This document shows positions 39,010-52,007 of a DNA stretch of 64,000 bases, piece by piece. Position numbers and translations under genes: made by a program. Position 1 is the first letter of the stretch, and every line of letters begins with the position of its first letter. This DNA comes from Stegostoma tigrinum (Eukaryota), in the NCBI RefSeq assembly GCF_030684315.1, contig NC_081396.1, forward strand, positions 2,108,001 to 2,172,000, given 5' to 3'. The notes beneath the pieces were generated by a model. That model worked only from the letters and a program-made list of their open reading frames with translations. It searched no databases and was not told the origin of the DNA.

Positions 39010-40390
39010 TGTGCATTGACGTGATTACACTGATTTTTCTGAGAACTTTACCAGCCGCTCGGAGGACAACCAATATGTTGTCATTATTTAATGATGGTGA
39101 GAGGGATAAACAATAAATTTGCAGACCAGTCTCTCTAAGTTCAGTGGTGGGGAAAATTCCGGAATCAATTCTGAGAGATAGAAATAATGTGCACTTGCAG
39201 AAGTACAGATTAACTAAGAACAGAGAGCAGGGTTTTGTGAAGGGGAGGTCACAGCTGACCCACTTGATTGCATTATTCGAAGCGGTGACTAAGTGTGTCG
39301 ATGAGAGCATTGCATTTGGTAGGGACTACTTGGACTTCAGTAACGAGTTTGATCAGTTCCCCATAGGAGACTCATAAACAAGGTAAGAATCCGTGGAATT
39401 TAAGGAGGTTTCGCTGTTTTGATGCAGAAATGAGTGAGGGACAGAAACCAGTGTGTGTGCTTCAGTGTGCCCTTGAGACGGCTAGCCTGTTTTCAGTGGG
39501 TTCTGCAGGGATTAATGTTGGAAAGCATCTGACTGCAGCTTATATAAACGTTTTAAACATGAGTGTTCCGGGTGTTGATCAGTGATTTCTTGAATGATTT
39601 GGAAATTTGTGACATGAAAAATGGCGGGAAAGATAGTCTCAGATTTCAGGAGGAGATTGATGGGAGTGTCAGATCGACTGACCAGAGGCAAATGAAATTC
39701 GAACTTCATAAATGTGAGATAATGCACGGGGACAGGGAAAAAAAAAAGGCAAGTGAACACATGAGGACACATAGGACATTGGGAAGTACTAAATACCAGT
39801 GAAATATTTGCATGCATGACCATTGATCCTTTTATGTGATGGGGTAGTTACAAAAGTAAATGGGATACTTGCTTTTATTAACAGAATTGTAGAGCTTAGA
39901 GTAGTGAGGTCATAACGAAATTGCATTATGATAGGCCACAGGTAAATTATTGGTTTCAGTTTTTGAATCCTTAACAGAGATGGAATTGATTTGCTCTAGA
40001 GAATGTGCAGAGGAGATTTGGTACCTGTTGACTGGGCTGGGGGTTATAGATATAAAGAAAGTATGGATTTCCTTTGGAGTATAGAGGACTGGGGCATAAA
40101 GGTCGGCATATATGAAATTATAAGGGTTGTGGGTCGAAAGGACAGGCATGGATGTTTCCGATTGTTTGACATTTCAATGCATGAATGTCAGGTAAAACGG
40201 AACAGGTACAGAAAAAATGCGAAGAAATTTTTCAGCCAGAGGATTTTCAGAACCCAAATTGTCTTGGAGGGTGTCAAGCCAAAAGTCTTGATAATATTCG
40301 ATAAATGTTTCCACATGCACCTCTGATCGAAAGTCATTCAAGGCAATTGAAAAAACTGTTCAAACGTGAGATTGGAATAGTTCAATGCTC
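39010..40390 (+). mobile_element. Degenerate CR1-type LINE, copy B
   Basis: ORF 39144-39377 reads VGKIPESILRDR...GFVKGRSQLTHLIALFEAVTKCVDE...DFS. Confidence 0.8.
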
Positions 40391-41692
40391 CTCATTGAAC
40401 AGTACAGTTTTGATGGTGCAAAAGACGTTTTGCTGTGCTGTAAACGGCTTTGACTGTATGACTCTGTATATCAATATGCGTGTGCCTGTGTCTAAACGTC
40501 NNNNNNNNNNNNNNNNNNNNNNNNNNNNNNNNNNNNNNNNNNNNNNNNNNNNNNNNNNNNNNNNNNNNNNNNNNNNNNNNNNNNNNNNNNNNNNNNNNNN
40601 NNNNNNNNNNNNNNNNNNNNNNNNNNNNNNNNNNNNNNNNNNNNNNNNNNNGTGAGAGAGCAAAATAGAGAGAGAGAGAGGGGGGAGAGAGATGGGTAGA
40701 TAAATAGAGATAGATAGAGAGAGAGAGAGAGAGACAGAGAGAGACAGTCTCTCTCAGAGTTGGCTGAGATAAAAGTTACAACGGTTAGAAAGCTTCATCT
40801 GGGGTGGCTGTCGATAGATCAATCAGGCCACAGTTTATTTCCTGATTATATCACCTTATATATTTTGTGGTCCAGTGCCAGACTCTGGCATATTTTAGCT
40901 GCTACACTCGCACAACTTGGCACAAAAAGGCCAGCAATATATAGGGCCATACAGTGCGTATTTATTATGCTCCTGAAGCTCCTCCGTGAAATAAATTTTA
41001 GAAAATTCCATCTTCATCCCTGACACTTGTGGAGAATTCCATTAATGTAAATGTGGGCTGCATGTCTGGGGGCTGTATGTATCAGTGTAATATGCAACAT
41101 CTCTATGTTGTCTCAGAGGAGCAGGTCATCGATGCCACTGTCTCTTCTGTTCCAAAGTTTTTGAGCAGAGCGATGATTCACAGAGTCTCCGTTACTTGGA
41201 TCTGAAACAATTGAGAATTTATGCTTCTTTTTTTTTCTCTCATAAATAAGAACACTGGGTTCATGGAATGCCCAAGTTTGGTGCTTTTATAGAGAACTCA
41301 GAGTCACGTTAACATCACGTACTTGTCAGAAACCCGCCATAAATAAACCAAATGATGAGTATTTGCAATGTGATATGACTGATGGGTGTTGGGAGGTGAT
41401 AATTCTAAATTGCACACACACAAATTGTTCAGATATCTGCGCATGTGCTCAGTTGAACTTCCTGTGTTGCAATTGGTTCGGTGAGACAGCAGTTGGACCT
41501 CAGTGGATGGAAACAGCTTGAGATAGATTGCAGGCAGATCCCTTACACCCGACATCCAACTCAAATTTTCTCCCTCACAATACAAACACAGAACTCATTG
41601 GGAACAACAAATGTTAAAGTTTTCCCACTGAATTAATCTCACACCTAAATATCTCAACTGCCTGCTCACTCACATCCACGCTCACAAGCAAG

Positions 41693-42215
41693 GGCAGTGT
41701 GGTGACTTGGAGGTTCGCACTGTTGCCCCACAGTGCTTAGAACACAGAACACAGAACAATACAGCACAGAACAGGCCCTTCACCCCTCAATGTTACCCAA
41801 TCTGTGAACTAATCCATGCCCCTCCCCCTACACCATCCCATCATCATCCATATGCTTATCCAAGGACTGTTTAAATGCCCCTGATGTGGCTGAGTTAACT
41901 ACATTTGCAGACAGGGCGTTCCACGTACCACTACGCATTTTCAATATCCACGTGAGGGAGCTGTATGATGTTTGCACATTCTTCTCATGTTTTTGTGGGT
42001 TTCCACCGGGTGTCCCAGTTTCAACCCACAGTCCTCAGCTTTGCAGGATAAGTAAATAAGCAATGCTAAATTCTCTGTAGTGGCCATGAAAAAGTAGGCA
42101 AGGGGAATTAGCAATGGGAAATGCAGAGATAGGGTAAGGGGGATGGATCTAGGTGGGAAGCTCTTCATAGAGTTGGCGTGGATTTTTTGGGCTCAATGGC
42201 TTTTTTGTACACTGT
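41693..42215 (+). mobile_element. Shark SINE interrupted by a reverse CR1 tail (41740-41935)
   Basis: Head ggcagtgtggtgac..cactgttgcc.cacag; body tgtttgcacattc...gggtttcc.ccgggtg; (agaacac)n tail. Only the head and part of the tail remain in copy A (4677-4784). Confidence 0.65.
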
Positions 42216-42689
42216 ACGCAGTCTCCAGTGAATGGATCAGCAGCTCGTGGCGTCACACAGCACACAACTGCTTCGAAACAGACAACTGTCAAAACCCAAA
42301 ATGAAAGCAAAGTGCCGGGAAAAGGACAATAAAGTTGCGTTAAAAGACGTTTCCACTACTTTTGAAGAACGACCAAAAATGCTAAAATGTTTGCACAATC
42401 AAATCAGCCTCATTGAACGCAACGGATATATATAACTGAAAAAAGGAAACAGTTCCAGAAACCAGAAAAAGCTTCTGATAACAGAATGACGCCTCAGTAA
42501 AGTAAAGTGCTTGTTTTGAGGCCTCACCAAACTAGTAGGGCTTGAATGAAATCTTTCTGGGATGAAATACATGAGATACAATAACCTCACAGTTCAGTTT
42601 CTGAGAAAAGCAAGGTCTTTGCAGATTTGAATGGAGACATTTCAACAGTGCAACCACATCTCAAAGTTCAGTTCCATGCAAAATTCAGA

Positions 42690-42972
42690 AGTAGAATCCG
42701 TGCAGTGTTGGGACAGGCCCTTCAGCCGAACTAGTCAACAACTGCCCTCAAAGCCTCTCATCCAGACACATGCCCCGATTCTACGCATCTCTACCCCCTA
42801 TATCCTATTTAGAATGGCCAATTCAACTCGCTTAATCAGCTCTGGACAGCGGGACGAAATCCATACAGACACACGGTGAAGTGCAAACTCCACACAGACA
42901 GTCGCCCAAGTTGGGACTGAACCCGGATGTGTACTTTTGTGAGACAGTGCTTACCGCTGGGCCACTGTACCG
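42690..42972 (-). mobile_element. Shark SINE
   Basis: gtgcaaactccacacagacagtcgccc V-domain core on +. Confidence 0.7.
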
Positions 42973-42975
42973 CAC

Positions 42976-43046
42976 AGAAAGGACAGGATTTGATCCTGCC
43001 ACTTCACACGTACAAAGCAAGCTCTCGGTAATTTGAGCTAATTCCC
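42976..43046 (-). pseudogene. Decayed tRNA-Ala-like pseudogene
   Basis: Minus strand GGGAATTAGCTCAAATtaccGAGaGCTtGCTT...GGATC resembles vertebrate tRNA-Ala GGGGAATTAGCTCAAATGGTAGAGCGCTCGCTT (from memory). Confidence 0.55.
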
Positions 43047-43400
43047 TTAACCTTGCAGCTGATTGCAACTGAGCTGTTCACTTTTACCAGTCACGTCTAA
43101 CTCAAATGAATGATTTAACTTTGCAAGTTTGACACAGATTGATGACTGCTGCTGGAAATGATAGATTGCATGTAAAAAAGAAATCAGTTGCCCAGACTTC
43201 ATTCTCTTCATGACGATTGGATAATCTAGTGTTCTGCCTCCTGCAGGTCCATTTTTCCATCAAAAAATCACAACCTTCCCCACCCAGATGAATGTGTCAT
43301 ATGAGAGATAATGGGAACTGCAGATGCTGGTGAATCCAAGACAACAAAATGTGAGGCTGGATGAACACAATAGGCCAAGCAGCATCTCAGGAGCACAAAA

Positions 43401-43434
43401 GCTGACGTTTCGGGCCTAGACCCTTCATCAGAGA
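43401..43434 (-). ncRNA. Hammerhead-like motif, left arm of copy B (a second copy with core CCGATGA at 43840-43873)
   Basis: gctgacgtttcgggcctagacccttcatcag on the + strand. Confidence 0.7.
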
Positions 43435-46400
43435 GGGGGATGGGGTGAGGGTTCTGGAATAAATAGGTAGAGAGGAGAAGGCGGACCAAAGATGGAGAGA
43501 AAAGAAGATCGGTGGAGAGAGTACAGGCGGGGAGGTAGGGAGGGGAGACGTCAGTCCAGGGAAGACGGACAGGTCAAGGAGGTGGGTTGAGGTTAGTAGG
43601 TAGGAGATGGGGGTGCGGCATGGGGTAGGAGGAAGGGATGGGTGAGAGGAAGAACAGGTTAGGGAGGCAGAGAGAGCTTGGACTGGTTTTGGGATGCAGT
43701 GGGTGGAGGGGAAGAGCTGGGCTGGTTGTGTGGTGCAGTGGGGGGAGGGGACGAACTGGGCTGGTTTAGGGATGCCAAGATAATAAAATGTGAGGCTGGA
43801 TGAACACAGCAGGCCAAGCAGCATCTCAGGAGCACAAAAGCTGACGTTTCGGGCCTAGACCCTTCATCGGAGAGGGGGATGGGGAGAGGGAACTGGAATA
43901 AATAGGGAGAGAGGGAGAGGCGGACCGAAGATGGAGAGTAAAGAAGATAGGTGGAGAGAGTATTGGTGGGGAGGTAGGGAGGGGATAGGTCAGTCCAGGG
44001 AAGACGGACAGGTCAAGGAGGTGGGATGAGGTTAGTAGGTAGCTGGGGGTGCGGCTTGGGGTGGGAGGAAGGGATGGGTGAGAGGAAGAGCCAGTTAGGG
44101 AGGCAGAGACAGGTTGGACTGGTTTTGGGATGCAGTGGGTGGGGGGGAAGAGCTGGGCCGGTTGTGTGGTGCAGTGGGGGGAGGGGACGAACTAGGCTGG
44201 TTTAGGGATGCAGTAGGGGAAGGGGAGATTTTGAAACTGGTGAATTCCACATTGATACCATGTGGCTGCAGGGTTCCCAGGCGGAATATGAGTTGCTGTT
44301 CCTGCAACCTTCGGGTGGCATCATTGTGGCACTGCAGGAGGCCATGATGGAAATGTAATCTAAAGAATTAGAGGGAGCGTGAAAATGGTTTGCGACTGGG
44401 AGGTGCAGTTGTTTGTTGCGAACCAAGCGGAGGTGTTCTGCAAAGCGGTCCCCAAGCATCAGCTTGGTTTCCCCAATGTAGAGGAGGGCTCAACGGGTAC
44501 AGTGGATGCAGTATACCACATTGGCAGATGTGCAGGTGAACCTCTGCTTAATGTGGTAAGTCATCTTGGGGCCTGGGTTAGGGGTGAGTGAGGAGGTGTG
44601 GGGGTAAGTGTAGCATTTCCTGCGGTTGCAGGGGAAGGTGCCGGGTGTGGTGGGGTTGGAGGGCAATGTGGAGCGAACAAGGGAGTCACGGAGAGAGAGG
44701 TCTCTCTGGAAAGCAGACAGGGGTGGGGATGGAAAAATGTCTTGGGTGGTGGGGTCGGACCTCTACACACAGAATATTCAGACCATTCAGAAGTGTTTCT
44801 CCCTAGGAGTCCTGAAACAGACACTCGCAGCCATGCGCCGGCACCTCCACAGACTGCAATCCAGCCTGCCGCAGCTCAGAGCCTCCCTCTCCCAGACCTG
44901 CAAAGGGCCTCTGCTGTTTTTTATTGTCCGCAGGATCCACAGACTGAACACCCAGTTTTACTCAGCTTTACTGGACACCAAAAATCTTCAGTACAAAAAA
45001 CTCACTGGCCCCTGCCACACACAAGAGGATTCCTGCGCCTGCCAAATCCCGAGTCTGTCCTTGCCCCTCGCCCACCATGCACCCGCCGCCCTTGACCATG
45101 AGGACACGGCCGGAGACCCCACCGATGACGTCTCATCCGCATCCGCCGGCCAACTGCTTCCGGGACCGCTGCTGCAGTCACCACCTCCACTTCCAGTCAC
45201 AACACCTCACACACCAGCCTCACCGTAGCTGCTGCCGCTGACCCCGATACTCCAACCGCCGACGGAACCCCGCCCACGGCCGACGCCGACGGAACCCTGC
45301 GCACGGCCGACGCCAACGGAACCCCGCCCACGACCGACGACCTCATCAGTCCGCCCACAACCTCCACAGCCAGCAAGCCTCGAGGAGACAGCCACACTGA
45401 ACCCTGCCGCATCTTCACCATGCCCCCAGACCTCCCACTGACTGAGGACGAACGGTCAGTCCTTAGTAAGGGGCTCACCTTTGCCCCCCTACAACCACAC
45501 ATCAACGAATCCCAGTCACGATTGGACATAGAGCAGTTTTTCCGCCACCTTCGCCTCCACGCCTATTTCTTCAACCGGGAGCCTAACCCTCCCTCCACTG
45601 ACCCCTTCACCCGCTTCCAAGACAAGTCCTCCTCCTGGACACCACCCCCAGGCCTCCTACTTTCCCTCGACCTCTTCATCTCCAACTGCCATCGAGACAT
45701 TAACCGCCTCAACCTCTCCACCCCTCTCACCCACTCCAACCTCTCCCCTGCGGAACGGGCAGCCCTCCCCTTCCTCCGCTCCAACCCCAACCTCACCATC
45801 AAACCCCAGACAATGGTGGCGCAGTGGTAGTTTGGCACACTGGGGGATTCTCTTAGGGCGTTTGTGGCGGGAGCGGGGTGTGAGGGATGTGTTGCGGGAA
45901 ATATGGAAGACGCGGTCAAGGGCGTTGTCGATCACTGTGGGGGGAAAGTTGCGGTTCTTGAAGAACTTGGATATCTGGGATGTGCGGGAGTGGAATGTCT
46001 TATCGTGGGAGAGGATGCGGCGGAGGCGGAGGAATTGGGAATAGGGGATGGAATTTTTGCAGGAGGGTGGGTGGGAGGAGGTGTATTCTAGGTAGCTGTG
46101 GGAGTCAGTGGGCTTGAAATGGACATCGATTACAAGCTGGTTTCCTGAGATGGAGACTGAGAGATCAGGAAGGTGAGGGATGTGCTGGAGATGGCCCAGG
46201 TGAACTGAAGGTTGGGGTGGAAGGTGTTGGTGAAGTGGATGAATTGTTCGAGCTCCTCTGGGGAGCAAGAGGCGGCGCCGATACAGTCATCAAATGTACC
46301 GGAGGAAGAGGTGGGGTTTGGGACCTGTGTAGGTGCAGAAGAGGGACTGTTCCACGTTACCTACAAAGAGGCAGGCATAGCTGGGGCCCATGCGGGTGCC

Positions 46401-48986
46401 CATGGCCACCCCCTTACTCTGTAGGAAGTGGGAGGAGTCAAAACAGAAGTTGCTGAGGGTGAGGACGAGTTCGGCTAGGCGGATGAGGGTGTCGGTAGCG
46501 GGGGACTAGTCGGGCCTGCGGGACAGGAAGAAGCGGAGGGGCTTGAGGCCATCTGCATGTGGAATGCAGGTGTATAGGGACTGGACGTTCATGGTGAAGA
46601 TGAGGTGATGGGGGCCAGGGAATTGGAAGTCCTGGAGGAGGTGGAGGGCGTGGGTGGCGTCACGGACGTAGGTAGGGAGTTCGTGGATCAAAGGGGAGAA
46701 AATGGAGTCCAGATAGGTGGAGATGAGTTCGGTGGGGCAGGAGCCGGCTGAGACGATGGTTCGACCAGGTCAGGCACGGTTGTGGATTTTGGGAAGGAGA
46801 TAGAAACGGGCCGTGCTGGGTTGGGGAACAAAGAGGTTGGAGGCTGTGGGTGGGAGGTCCCTTGAGGTGATGAGGTCATGAATGGTGTTGGAGATGATGG
46901 TTTTGTGCTCGGGTGTGGGGTCATGATCGAGGGGGCGGTAGGATGTGGTGTTGGAGAGTTGGCGTCTGGCCTCGGCGATGTAGAGGTCAGTGCGCCATAC
47001 TACCACAGTGTCACCATTGTCTGGGGGTTTGATGGTGAGGTTGGGGTTTGAGCGGAGGGAGGGGAGGGCTGCCCGTTCTGCAGGGGAGAGGTTGGAGTGG
47101 GTGAGAGGGGTGGAGAGATTGAGGCGGTTATTGTGTCAACGGAAGTTGGAGATTCAGAGGTCGAGGGAAGGTAGGAGGCCAGGGTGTGGTGTCCAGGAGG
47201 AGGACTTGTCTTGGAAGCGGGTGACGGGGTCAGTGGAGGGAGGGTTAGGATCCCGGTTGAAGAAGTAGGCGTGGAGGCGAAGGTGGCGGAAAAACTGCTC
47301 TATGTCCAATCGTGACTGGCATTCATTGATGTGTGGTTGTAGGGGGACAAAGGCGAGCCCCTTACCAAGGACTGACCGTTCGTCCTCAGTCAGTGGGAGG
47401 TCTGGGGGCATGGTGAAAATGCGGCAGGGTTCAGTGCGGCTGTCTCCTCTGGGGTTGCTGGCTGTGGAGGTTGTGGGCGGAGCAATGAGGTCGACGGCCG
47501 AGGGCGGGGTTCCGTTGGCGTCGGCCGTGGGCAGCGTTCCGTTGGCGTCGGCCGTGGGCGGGGTTCCGTCAGCGTCGGCCGTGGGCTGGGTTCCGTCGGC
47601 GGTTGGAGTATCGTGGTGGGCGGCAGCAGCTGCGGTGAGGCTGGTGTGTGAGGTATTGTAACTGGAAGACGAAGTGGTGACTGCAGCAACAGTCCCGGAA
47701 GTGGTGTGGCCGGCGGATGCGGATGTGACGTCATCGGTGGGGTCTCCGGCCGTGTCCTCATGGTCAATGGCGGCGGGTGCATGGTCGGGGAGGGGCAAGG
47801 ACAGACTCGGGATTTGGGAGGCGCAGGAATCCTCTTGTGGGTGGCAGCGGCCAGTGAGTTTGTTGTACTGAAGATTTTTGGTGTCCAGTAAAGCTGAGTA
47901 AAACTGGGTGTTCAGTCTGTGGATCCTGCGGACAATAAAAAACAGCAGAGGCCCTTTGCAGGTCTGGGAGAGGGAGGCTCTGAGCTGCGGCAGGCTGGAT
48001 TGCAGTCTGTGGAGGTGCCGGCGCATGGCTGCGAGTGTCTGTTTCAGGACTCGCAGGGAGAAACTCTTCTGAACGGTCTGAATATTCTGGGTGTAGAGGT
48101 CCGACCCCACCACACAAGACATTTTTCCATCCCCACCCCTGTCTGCTTTCCAGAGAGAACTCTCTCTCTGTGACTCCCTTGTTCGCTCCACACTGCCCTC
48201 CAACCCCACCACAACCTGCACCTTCCCTGCAACTGCGGGAAATGCTACACTTGCCCCCACACCTACTCCCTCACCCGAACCCAGGCCCCAAGATAACTTT
48301 CCACATTAAGCAGAGGTTCACCTGCACATCTGCCAATGTGGTATACTGCATCCACTGTACCCGTTGTGGCCTCCTCTACATTGGGGAAACCAAGCTGATG
48401 CTTGGGGACCGCTTTGCAGAACACCTCCGCTTGGTTCGCAACAAACAACTGCACCTCCCAGTCGCAAACCATTTCCACTCCCCCTCCCATTCTTTAGATG
48501 ACATGTCCATTATGGGCCTCCTGCAGTGCCACATTGATGCCACCCGAAGGTTGCAGGAACAGCAACTCATATTCCGCTTGGGAACCCTGCAGCCTAATGG
48601 TATCAATGTGGACTTCACCAGCTTCAAAATCTCCCTTTCCCCCACCGCATCCCTAAACCAGCCCAGTTCGACCCCTCCCCCCACTGCACCAAACAACCAG
48701 CCCAGCTCTTCCCCTCCACCCACTGCATCCCAAAACCAGTCCAAGCTGTCTCTGCCTCCCTAACCTGTTCTTCCTCTCACCATCCCTTCCTCCTACCCCA
48801 AGCCGCACCCCCATTTCCTACCTACTAACCTCATCCCACCTCCTTGACCTGCCCGAATTCCCTGGACTGACCTCTCCCCTCCCTACCTCCCCGCCTGTAC
48901 TCTCTCAACCGATCTTCTTTTCTCTCCATCTTTGGTCCGCCTCCCCCTCTCTCCCTATTTATTCCAGAACCCTCACCCCATCCCCC

Positions 48987-49020
48987 TCTCTGATGAAGGG
49001 TCTAGGCCCGAAACGTCAGC
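48987..49020 (+). ncRNA. Hammerhead-like motif, right arm of copy B
   Basis: ctgatgaagggtctaggcccgaaacgtcagc. Confidence 0.7.
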
Positions 49021-49757
49021 TTTTGTGCTCCTGAGATGCTGCTTGGCCTATTGTGTTCATCCAGCCTCACATTTTGTTGTCTAGAATGTGTCATATAACC
49101 AGTCCAAAGGAGCCCCGAACATCCTGCCAAGCCAAATGCTTTGCACACCCTGCACGATCTGTCAGCACCAAGAATCGTGCCCCACCAAGGCCCTGCACGA
49201 TATCCCACTCTTCTCCATTATGTTGATCAAGAATTGCTCTTCCACATGTTCTTATGAAAGAACGTAAGGTTAAAAAAAAAATAAGAGCATGTGAAATATG
49301 AGCCGGAATCGACGCTTCCAGTGTGCCCCATTGAGATTAATTCACTGCGCAGATTACAGCATCCGGCTCAATTCACTTGGTCCACAGCAGGGCACACGGT
49401 GATCACGAAATTCAGATCATGAACCATTTTTTCTGCAAACAGTGACAGTCTGAGGATACGAAATGGGTGGAATACTCCAATTCAAGACGATCACACAACA
49501 TAACGCCAGCTGTTTGAACTCCTCCAGTTCCAAGTCTGACTAATGCTGACCAATGTTTTTGTTTCTGTTCAAGGTTTTCAGACTGAAACGAAAAGCTTTA
49601 CCCAACAGTTGTCAACTCCTTGATCACAAGTCTGTTTTGTTTGATAAACCCGACTGCATTTCCTAGCGTTCATGTTGTTCCCCACTAACACTTCCACATG
49701 ATTAATTGTCTTACCTTCCTTGTTTTCACTTGCTGTGTGCTTGCCGCTACCTTTCAG

Positions 49758-50113
49758 AGATGAGTAATAGAGACTCAGTACCCCAGGCAAAGCAAAGAGT
49801 CCAAGCACAAGCAGATGAAACTTCAGCAATCGTTTGCTGTTACCCTGTGTCTAATTCAGCTGCGCTGTATGAAATGCTGTGGTATGGTCAGAACCCATAA
49901 TAAGCATGTCAGTATCAGCTCACATTCAGCTGTTATGGATAGAATAAAAAGATTCCCTGCTCTGATCATTACAGTCGGAATCTCAATCCGACTGCAGGGA
50001 ATTTTCAACTGCCAGTTAATGATAATTAATTTTCAACTGATTCATTTTCAAATGAATTATTATGCTCTGATATCAACAGTCTATTCGGTACACTCCAATC
50101 TCATACAAAAACA
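49758..50113 (+). pseudogene. TRAV: TCR V pseudogene 1B
   Basis: Duplicate of 10942-11297; RSS at 50075-50113. Confidence 0.8.
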
Positions 50114-51622
50114 GAACACCTATTAAAATCAACGATGAGCTCAAGTAAATGCAAGTCATTGCTTGCTTGACAATCTATGCAGGCAATCATAAACACACAT
50201 GCACAGAGGGGCAAGCGTAGTCACTTCATGCACAGTCATTCAGTAAGGTCATAATTGACCTGGTCACGTTTTCTACTCACCTCATCATTAATATTTCTCT
50301 TTCTGGGTTATCAAGGCTCAGGCCACTTCAACAAGAAAAATATGATCTGACTCTGCTTTGACTTACTCTTGGCGAAGAATAAAACTACAAACACTCACAA
50401 TTATCCTTAATTTAAAACGAAGAGTCAACAGCATTGCCTATTTCTGGAGCCACATTTAATCCGAACCAGGTAATTCAGCATTATTATTTTTCTAAAGGAT
50501 TTTATTCACTGTTATTATTTCACACCAATCGATGAACATTTTACTGTAGGAAGCTAATTGCAGATGGTTTACGAACTGAATTTACATTATAACAGCCGGT
50601 CTGCATGCAGAAAATTACTCTGAGCCCCCTGATCGCCAGTGCACCAAATAACCACGAAACCAGCATCTGCTGTTGCAATCTATATTGTCTTATGTTGATT
50701 TGTTAAAACTTCTTTCTTCATTCACGCTGTGGACATTAAGATTATTAATACATTTTTCCAGATCTAAAATCAAATGACACGGATTTCGTTTACAGTTCCG
50801 CAAATTAAAAGATAAAATAATAACGTCCGTCTGTGGAACAGAAAAAGCAGATCACTTGAAAATTATCGTGATTGCTGCTCTCTCCACGTTGCACCTTCAA
50901 GCATCCCCAATCCCAGCGGACGGAATGACCCTGATACCAGAAACGTTTCTCCCTCAGTTTAAACTTCTGTTCAGATAAAGTTAAAATACACTGTCATAAT
51001 TACTGTAAACATGTAGCAATGGAATGTCATACGTAATACCTGTGGTGTTTTGAGACCAGGTCACAGATTGTAAATGCAACCATTACTTTTTTCAAAATAT
51101 CAGCTGATTGCAGCTCAGAGTCACCACGCTGATGTCAAATTTAGATACTGCAGAACCCCCGTACNNNNNNNNNNNNNNNNNNNNNNNNNNNNNNNNNNNN
51201 NNNNNNNNNNNNNNNNNNNNNNNNNNNNNNNNNNNNNNNNNNNNNNNNNNNNNNNNNNNNNNNNNNNNNNNNNNNNNNNNNNNNNNNNNNNNNNNNNNNN
51301 NNNNNNNNNNNNNNNNNNNNNNNNNNNNNNNNNNNNNNNNNNNNNNNNNNNNNNNNNNNNNNNNNNNNNNNNNNNNNNNNNNNNNNNNACTTGTTGACTT
51401 GATTTGATCAACATCATAATTGTTCAGCGATCTACTTTTCTGCTGAGCCAGAGGATTGGCTGCACGACAGAACGATACAACCAGGAACAATGGGAGAATG
51501 TCTCAAACCGTTGCTTGGCATTGTTTCTATTCTCACTTAATATCTCATATTGGAAAAAGATTATTTTTCACTTAAAATTTGCTCCTAATTTAACAGTAAC
51601 AGTGACGATAATGTTGACAAAT

Positions 51623-52007
51623 ATGAGGCTGGTGTTGGCTGTTGTTTCTTTCTTACTGCATTTTATGCTTGATTGGAGACAGCAGAACCCATTGGAACAA
51701 CCATTTGTTGAAATAACTGTAGAGGAGGCAAACAAAAGTCACACTAAGTTGTATTTTGTATTCAAACACGAAAGCATACTGGTACATTCAACGTCCCAGG
51801 CAGCCTCCACAGTTACCATTGAGGCCATTTGAGTGCAGTGTGTCCACAGAAAACTGCCTTACAGATCTACTTTCTTCTTTGCTTTATAAAATTGACAAGA
51901 TCACCGAACTAACAATCAGCACAATTTCCTCCTCCAAAAGTGTTATGTATCACTGTGCCCTGCAACCTACACCGATGCAGACATATCATGCATTCCACAC
52001 AAGAGCC
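51623..52007 (+). pseudogene. TRAV: TCR V pseudogene 2B
   Basis: Duplicate; retains WYIQRPRQPPQL (9 nt missing in copy A). Confidence 0.85.

Larger units (their letters stand above)
43303..49083. mobile_element. Fold-back Penelope-like element, copy B, flanked by 13-bp direct repeat GAATGTGTCATAT
   Basis: Same architecture as copy A. Direct repeat at 43290-43302 and 49084-49096; extra terminal repeat at 43775-44211. Confidence 0.95.
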
